Shown piece by piece: positions 57,582-64,000 of a stretch of 64,000 nt of DNA (within the stretch, counting starts at the first letter, position 1; the number at the start of each line of letters is the position of its first letter). Origin of the DNA: Bugula neritina (Eukaryota; Animalia; Bryozoa). The notes under the pieces were generated by a model. That model was not told the DNA's origin, did not search any database, and saw only the letters and a list, made by a program, of their open reading frames with translations. Where the stretch lies: the NCBI GenBank assembly GCA_964035545.1, contig OZ037770.1, positions 10,684,463 to 10,748,462 on the forward strand, written 5' to 3'. Made by a program: the position numbers and the translations under genes.

Positions 57582-59892
57582 TTACCTGAGTGACTTTTCA
57601 ATAAACCTAGGCTTGTCCTGACGCAAATAATGCATTATAATCTCAGGAATACAGGCTACTTCGATAAGACTAGCCTTTTTACCATCTTCTCTGTTAGCCA
57701 GGCAAGATGCACACAAGTAGGATTCTTTAGGCGCAGGTTTTATATATACCTGAATACCATCCAATGGTCTGTCTACTTTAAATGAAACATCAGGGTCAGA
57801 GTACTTCTCAAAGTGGAAAGCAACTGGATCAGTTTGAGGCTGTAAAGTAAAAACCCCTTCACCATCTTTCTCTAAGGCTTTTAAATGGTTTCTGTGCAAA
57901 ACCGTTAAGCACACCTTTTGTTCTGTTGTTGAGAGATTTGAAAGTTTCACTGCTGCCTTCATCCAAGCTGCTGCTGACTCAACTGGAAAGTACATATTCT
58001 TGTGTAAGTCTACATATTTCTTAATGATATAATCATCTCTCAAGGAGTTAGCAAATGCCAGTAGTCTGTGAATTTCGGCTTCCATTAACTCATTGCTACA
58101 TTCTGTTTGGCACAAGCTGATTGGGTCTTTGGTCAACCGATAGCTGTCCACCATTATTGCTGCCAGCTCATATTGTTGGGGTGTTTCCTGCTTACTTTTA
58201 GATTTTTTCTTTACCTCAACCGCATTTGCTTTTCTTACAGAAACGTAGGAGATTGCTTCCAGTCTAGCTTTCCAGTGTGTGTTGAATGATTTCAAAACAA
58301 ATTCAGCACAGCACCTTAAAAGATTAGCCACTTTATTTAATAAACTCTTTGATTCCTTGCAATCAGGCAAATCTTTGAGTAAAAGCAATTCTTGTACAAG
58401 TAGCAAGTAAAAGTGAGTAGCAGTGATAAGAAGTAGCATGCCATTTTTAGGTAGAGAATTGTTTTGTATTATTTCCATCAATTCAACTCTTCTTGTTGCT
58501 TCTTCTTTTTTCAGCAAATCTATAAACTCATCAACTGAGCATTCACCTGTCAGCTTTCGTTTCAAATAGGTATCTTTAACATATTTTACAAAATGCTTAA
58601 GACTTGTTAGCAGATCAACAACTACTGCTTCAGGCTTCTCCTGAATGTAGTCTAAAACTAAAAGCTCTGTAACATAACTTAAATAGTCCGATTCAGGTTC
58701 ACTTTTAAAGATATCATCAAAGGTTGACAGACCAGCAGGTTGATTTTGATTTACTGCAGCAATGAGGCTATGTATTAAGTCCTGAGCAGTGTAGCTAGGA
58801 CCGTAAGTCTTTCTAGAACAAACATGAAAGAAAAATCTCTTGTCTTTATAGACATCTGGAGGATTTACATTGTCACTTACATCCATAAGCTCTGAACTTT
58901 TCGAACTCATCAAACTACCAGCAGTACCTATAGTTGAAAAGGTTCCCTTGGAGGTTGTTGCACCACTGCTGCCTGAATCACTTCCAGTAGCTGACTTAGG
59001 ATTAGTCATAGCAGCAGAGACTAATTCGGTTGTTTTGTCAGCCCTGCTTTTACGCTCCATCTCAACTTCATCAAATGCTGGCTCATCTTCAGAGATACCT
59101 GGTATAGTAGGAGCAAGACTAACACTTTTTTTCTTCATTTCCACAATCTAAAAATACAAAAACCTAAAAGTCAACTGGTGGTATTTACACAAATATAGGA
59201 AACAAATTGGTGAAATTTGCAATTTATATAACAAGTACATTGTTTATATATTTGGCCTGTTCTATTTAAATCGTTATTTACATTTACTCTTTACATAATT
59301 GCATGAATCAGAATTCTATGCAGAGTAAAATATGTTCTATAGCTCCCTACGTAAAAGAAAAATAATATAAGCTAGAGTTTTCTGCGCTCTGTATAGCAAG
59401 TTGCTGATCCCATATGAGAAACCTTTCAACCAATAAATTGCATCATTTAAAGCAATTTTTTGTTAATAATCGTAAAGCTCTTATCTATTTTAATGCTCAA
59501 AAAATGTTAAGTAAGGATTATAATAGCAGGCATATATTATAAAAATTATTGAATACTATTCTTATAGACTATAGCTTTAGATTTTAATATCGCTACAAGG
59601 CTTTTAATTGATAAACTTTTATATATGGACTTACAGATGCTAAAGCCGCTTTACTTTTATCTTCCTCTTCTTTCAAGATGGCTTCTCTTTTATCTTTCTC
59701 TTCTTTCATGATGGCTTCTCTTGTATCTTTCTCTTCTTTCATGAAGGCTTTTTTCTTAACTTCTGGTGTAGCCTCTGCAGACAAGTCACTAGTAGAAGTA
59801 GATGAAGATTGAGAAGGGAGTTCCCTTTTCATCAGTCTAGATCCGGTAGCACCTGGTGACTTTGGAGGATCTGTTGATTCTTTGGCTTCCAT
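57582..59892 (-). CDS. Two-exon gene B (59635-59892 + 57582-59147), about 607 aa, tandem paralog of gene A
   Basis: MEAKESTDPPKSPGATGSR...ALAS/gtaagt joined at a phase-0 ttttag/IVEMKKKSVSLAPTIPG...; same intron position as gene A; shared KDKR.FFHV, DPISLCQTECSNELME and MYFPVESAAAWMKAAVKLSN. Confidence 0.85.
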
Positions 59893-59952
59893 TTCGTGTT
59901 GCTTTGCAGAAATCTGAACCAACTTTCTGCTGTATTACAGACTTACATTCAT

Positions 59953-59959
59953 TTTTATA
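59953..59959 (-). promoter_or_regulatory. Putative TATA box of gene B
   Basis: TATAAAA about 60 nt upstream of the ATG, in a context homologous to gene A. Confidence 0.45.
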
Positions 59960-60601
59960 GTTTGCTGGCTAACAAATTTTAGCTTTCTTACAAAAAAATA
60001 TCTTGCAAGCAAAATTTTCTTAGCTATTAACTTGGTTAGCTCTGAAAATCTATTGAAATTTTATTCATAGCTTTTAAAAAAGCAGTTAATTGGGCTAGCT
60101 AGCTTCCAGCTTTAATTATAGCTAATTTACCTGAAACATAAATAAGTTAAATGTCAATATATATATACTATATAGCATATATACCTAATACCTTTTGAAA
60201 ATGCAACACATCATATATTATATATATAGCTAAACCAAATGAAACTGGGTTGGTGATAAACTTGTTGGGCAATTGCTTTGGCATATTGATGATTTCTTCT
60301 ACCAGAGAGTGATGAGAGAAAACTCTCATACATTCTATTCTATAGCCAGTCTTAGAGTAGATTGTAACTGACTGGCATGATTTAATTTTTTTTGCTGGCT
60401 TGAATCCCTATACTTGGATTTGCAATTTTCACTTGCAACAGATTTTTTTTATTCTATAAGTAACTCAGCTAGATATAATATTGATTTCATTTCAGCAAGA
60501 AACATGTGTATTCGTATTATGGATATGATTCACAAGAGTTTATCTTTAGATATAAAGCTTATTTATTGCACTGCAAGCTGCATTCTTTCTCAGAGTAGGC
60601 T

Positions 60602-60672
<71 letters not shown>

Positions 60673-61409
60673 ACTCAAGAATAACTGTGCAGAAGTGTAG
60701 ATATCATTGCAACCTGTCATACTTTCATCTATAAATACTCACTTATAGTAAACGTAGCTTACAAGAGGGCAATAATTTTGCTACAACAGTTGCTCATTAA
60801 CACAAACATATTAACTTCCACCAAATAAAGAATTTTCATGGTTGCCGACCCTTCATGGAGACTATTATATACGTATACTAGCACTATAGGCCTAATATAT
60901 GTAAAACACAAATGACACTTATTATAGACACTAATAAATGGATATTTTTCTTTGTTTTTAGATAGTTAGAATACAGACTAAAAGCTCCAAGAATTGAATG
61001 CATAACCATGATATCTTAGCTGCTCTAGAATTTGTATATCTATAACTATAACAAATATTTTGCGCTATAAAGCTTTTATTCATAATATTATTATCTCAGT
61101 ACTCATGCATTTAGTGTTAGAAATATTGTGTGCTATTTAGATTTAGTTATACACTTTTAGATAACTTAGCAGCTATAGCTAGTTTAAACCTAAAAGTGTT
61201 AGAAGATTATTTTTCCAAAATGGAAATATCCAATCTATAGAAAAAAGCTGTATTAAATTGGCTGTTTTTCTGGTTTTCTACTAAAAATTCAATCTGGCAA
61301 GTTATAGGTTTGCTGATGATTTTTAGTATTATCAGGGAGTTTTAAATGTAAAGGTTTTTTTCAAACTGCTTGCACTCAGAACCAAATTTAGGTCTGTAGT
61401 ATCAGCTAG

Positions 61410-62270
61410 TTTGTTTGTTTTACTTTGTCGTAGTTGGAGAAAAAATTTTAATTGAGAAAAAATAAACAAAATGACAGGGCCTATGGCGCAATAGCACTGT
61501 AGCTATAGTCGAGGCACCGAGCCATGAATGGTTGACAGTTGTATAAGATTTTTGTTTACGTTTTTGGAAGTTTTAGCAACTCAAAGAGTTTTATTTTTTT
61601 ATCTGGAAATTTGCCATTAGGTGGTCTCTCAGGGCAAGTTTGAAACCAGCCTCCCTTTCCACAGCACGAATAGAACTAGGCAATTTATTCCATAGCGACG
61701 AACATTGGAATTCCACTCTTCGTTGACCTGCAGCAGTTGATGATGGAGGAGTTTGTAGGCTGAACTCTGAAAATCTTGTGGGATAGTTATGTGTGAGATG
61801 TGTTAGTTGAGAATAGTAAAGTTTATGTGAGAGCAGTATTAGTTTGAATTTGTGTAGAGTGTGAATATGGGCATGATTGAAGAACTAAGAAACAGTGGTT
61901 TAGATGGGGAAAGGTGATGCTTTTTATAGATAATTCTCAGTATTTTCTTTTGTAGTAAATGTAATGGTTCAAGATAAATGTTTGCTGCATTACCCCACGA
62001 TTCTAGGCAATATGTTAATTTAGAATTTACAAAAGAGTTATATATTTGTATTAGAATTTTTCTAGGTAGGTGATGGGAACATTTACTTATCAAGCCTACT
62101 AAGGGCCTTAGGTTTTGGCAAAGTTTGCTGCAATGTTGTTGCCAAGATAGATGTGAATCTATTATAATACCTAAGAAGGTAGTTGATTTTACCTCCACTA
62201 ATTTTTTGTTGAACATTTCTAAGGCAAAGCCATTTAAATCTTGTTTATTTTGCGCTGTTTTGATTATCAT
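61410..62270 (-). mobile_element. 5'-truncated LINE fragment related to 52443-53160
   Basis: TFLGIIIDSHLSWQQH...YNSFVNSKLTYCLESWG...LQKKILRII, with a similar 3' UTR and AAAC tail on the minus strand. Confidence 0.85.
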
Positions 62271-63433
62271 ATAGTGCTTGTAAAATGTTTATAAATAGTC
62301 AAATAGTCGAGTTGCAGATTTCCACACATATAGTATCATATTATATTCTAGTTTTTAAAGTATTTTAGCAGGTTATATTATACATGTAGAGTCTAACAAC
62401 CTTCTTGTTTAACTTTCTTAAAACTTTAAAAGTGTTCTCCATATGTCAAGTATGACTAATCAATATTTTTTATAACTAATCAATATTTTTTATATATAAT
62501 CAATATTTTTTCCAATAAACACACAAGTTTTATTTAAAAATTTACCAAACTGTTATAAGTAATGCTATTTGATATTTCTAAGTATAGTATTCAAACAATA
62601 CTCAAGTTTTTAATTGACACATAAAAATGTTTGACAGATATTACATTTCAAATTACTAGGAAACAAATTACAAGCCACATAAACATAATTGTCTTAATAA
62701 TGAAATATGAATATGCATAGGATAATTTATAGCGTTATTAATATTAACAAGTAGTATATTTTATATTGACTGTTTTAATGGCATAAAAATTAGACCTGCA
62801 TATTTGTGCAAACTTGCTAGCTATATAGTTAGGATTTTGAAATTGTGGTATTTTAGAATCATACTTTAATAATGCAAGTTATAGAAATGAAAGTCATATA
62901 TCTTGTTTTGTTAAACATAATAATATTCTGTTTCAGCATTTGCTTCACGAAGGTATGTTGATAGATACTCTTTATAAATCCTAAACAATGTCAGTGGCTA
63001 TTAGTTATACTTAGAAAACATGCAGTTTTTTATGAATTTACAGAACCTATGCAGCATTGTAAATGAACATGGTAAATAAAAAATGGTTTAGGACATCTTT
63101 CGAAATAGTAAAAGCAGAATTTATATTTTAATGGAAAGCACTGATCATTTGTAAAATTTAGTCCAAACTTATTTCAGCTGACGTAATTATAAGCATTTGT
63201 TATTTGAAAGTAATAACGACCCCTAATCATGCATGCTTCAAATCTAATTATTATAATATGGTTATACATAATGATAATATGCATGCTAATATATAATAAA
63301 AAAAATGACTTTTTAACTTTGATAGAGTGTAAAGAACTCTATTTTTGAAGATTCTGGATATAAATTATTATATATAAAAAAGCTAATAAGCTGCAGCATT
63401 TTAACTTATAGTTTCAATCTATAATATAGGCAG

Positions 63434-63892
63434 ATATCAATTCCATCTTGATGATAAAACAGCCCGATGGTAGCTGTGTGACTCAAGCAGATCAGACTGT
63501 GGAACAAGTTCATAGTCTGAGAAAGTGTGTGAAAGAATGCCTGAGATCAAAGATGGACTGTCAAGGAGTTACCTACGATAATACTGGAGCCAGGTGTATT
63601 CTGTCAAGGGAGTTAACTCTGAAATCATGTGACAGTGGTGCTTCTTTTGTAACCTACACGGCTAAAAAAAATGTGGAGCCATCAGTAATCGATGCCGCAA
63701 TAGTTGTTGTGGCGACAACTACCACCACCCACAGTTATCCCACACCAACATCTACTGGTACCACGACAGCAGCAGCTGCAGCAATAACTACCCTTCCTGC
63801 AAAGCCCACCACTTCCCAACTTGGCCAAGCTCATACTGTTATAATTCATTCTGGTGCAACAAACCAAGAACATGCTGGAGCACAAGATGAAG
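63434..63892 (+). CDS. Exon encoding a PAN/apple domain plus a Thr/Ala-rich stalk; the gene probably continues beyond the window
   Basis: SLRKCVKECLRSKMDCQGVTYDNTGARCILS fits the PAN pattern C-x3-C...C-x3-(T)Y...C-x-L. Acceptor at 63429 or 63433, donor gtattt at 63893. Confidence 0.75.
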
Positions 63893-64000
63893 GTATTTAT
63901 AAATTCTATGCTTTTTGTAATGAGTAAACTTAAAATATGAAGATCATAGACTGGATGAAAAGTTAGATAATTTATTTTGGTCACCTATGTTTTGTAATGA

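Overview
AT-rich invertebrate (metazoan) genomic DNA with spliceosomal introns, so the ORF track mostly shows exon fragments and repeat shadows. About 436-42413 (+) holds one 5'-truncated gene of 45-46 exons, which I assembled by hand from splice sites. Every junction is phase-concordant (10,803 nt, about 3,600 aa visible). It joins an ADAMTS-like M12B zinc metalloprotease to a MUC4-like transmembrane mucin: protease, Cys-rich, PTTTTT array, NIDO x2, AMOP, VWD with GDPH, EGFs, furin-site SEA-like module, second PTTTTT array, (EGF-like + SEA-like) x2, TM, cytoplasmic tail. Its introns carry a full-length but disabled Ty3/Gypsy LTR retrotransposon (a MITE inside gag, an extra zinc-finger ORF3), a solo LTR of the same family, a pogo-like DNA transposon remnant, several MITEs, tRNA-Thr-derived SINEs and minimal hammerhead-ribozyme motifs. 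Downstream lie an inverted pseudogenised paralog of the mucin 3' end, a Thr-rich exon with an internal inversion, a degenerate multi-pass membrane gene, two LINE 3' fragments, a tandem pair of two-exon genes of about 600 aa that may have a Cry-toxin domain-I-like fold, and a PAN/apple-domain exon. All coordinates were read by eye and no database searches were run.
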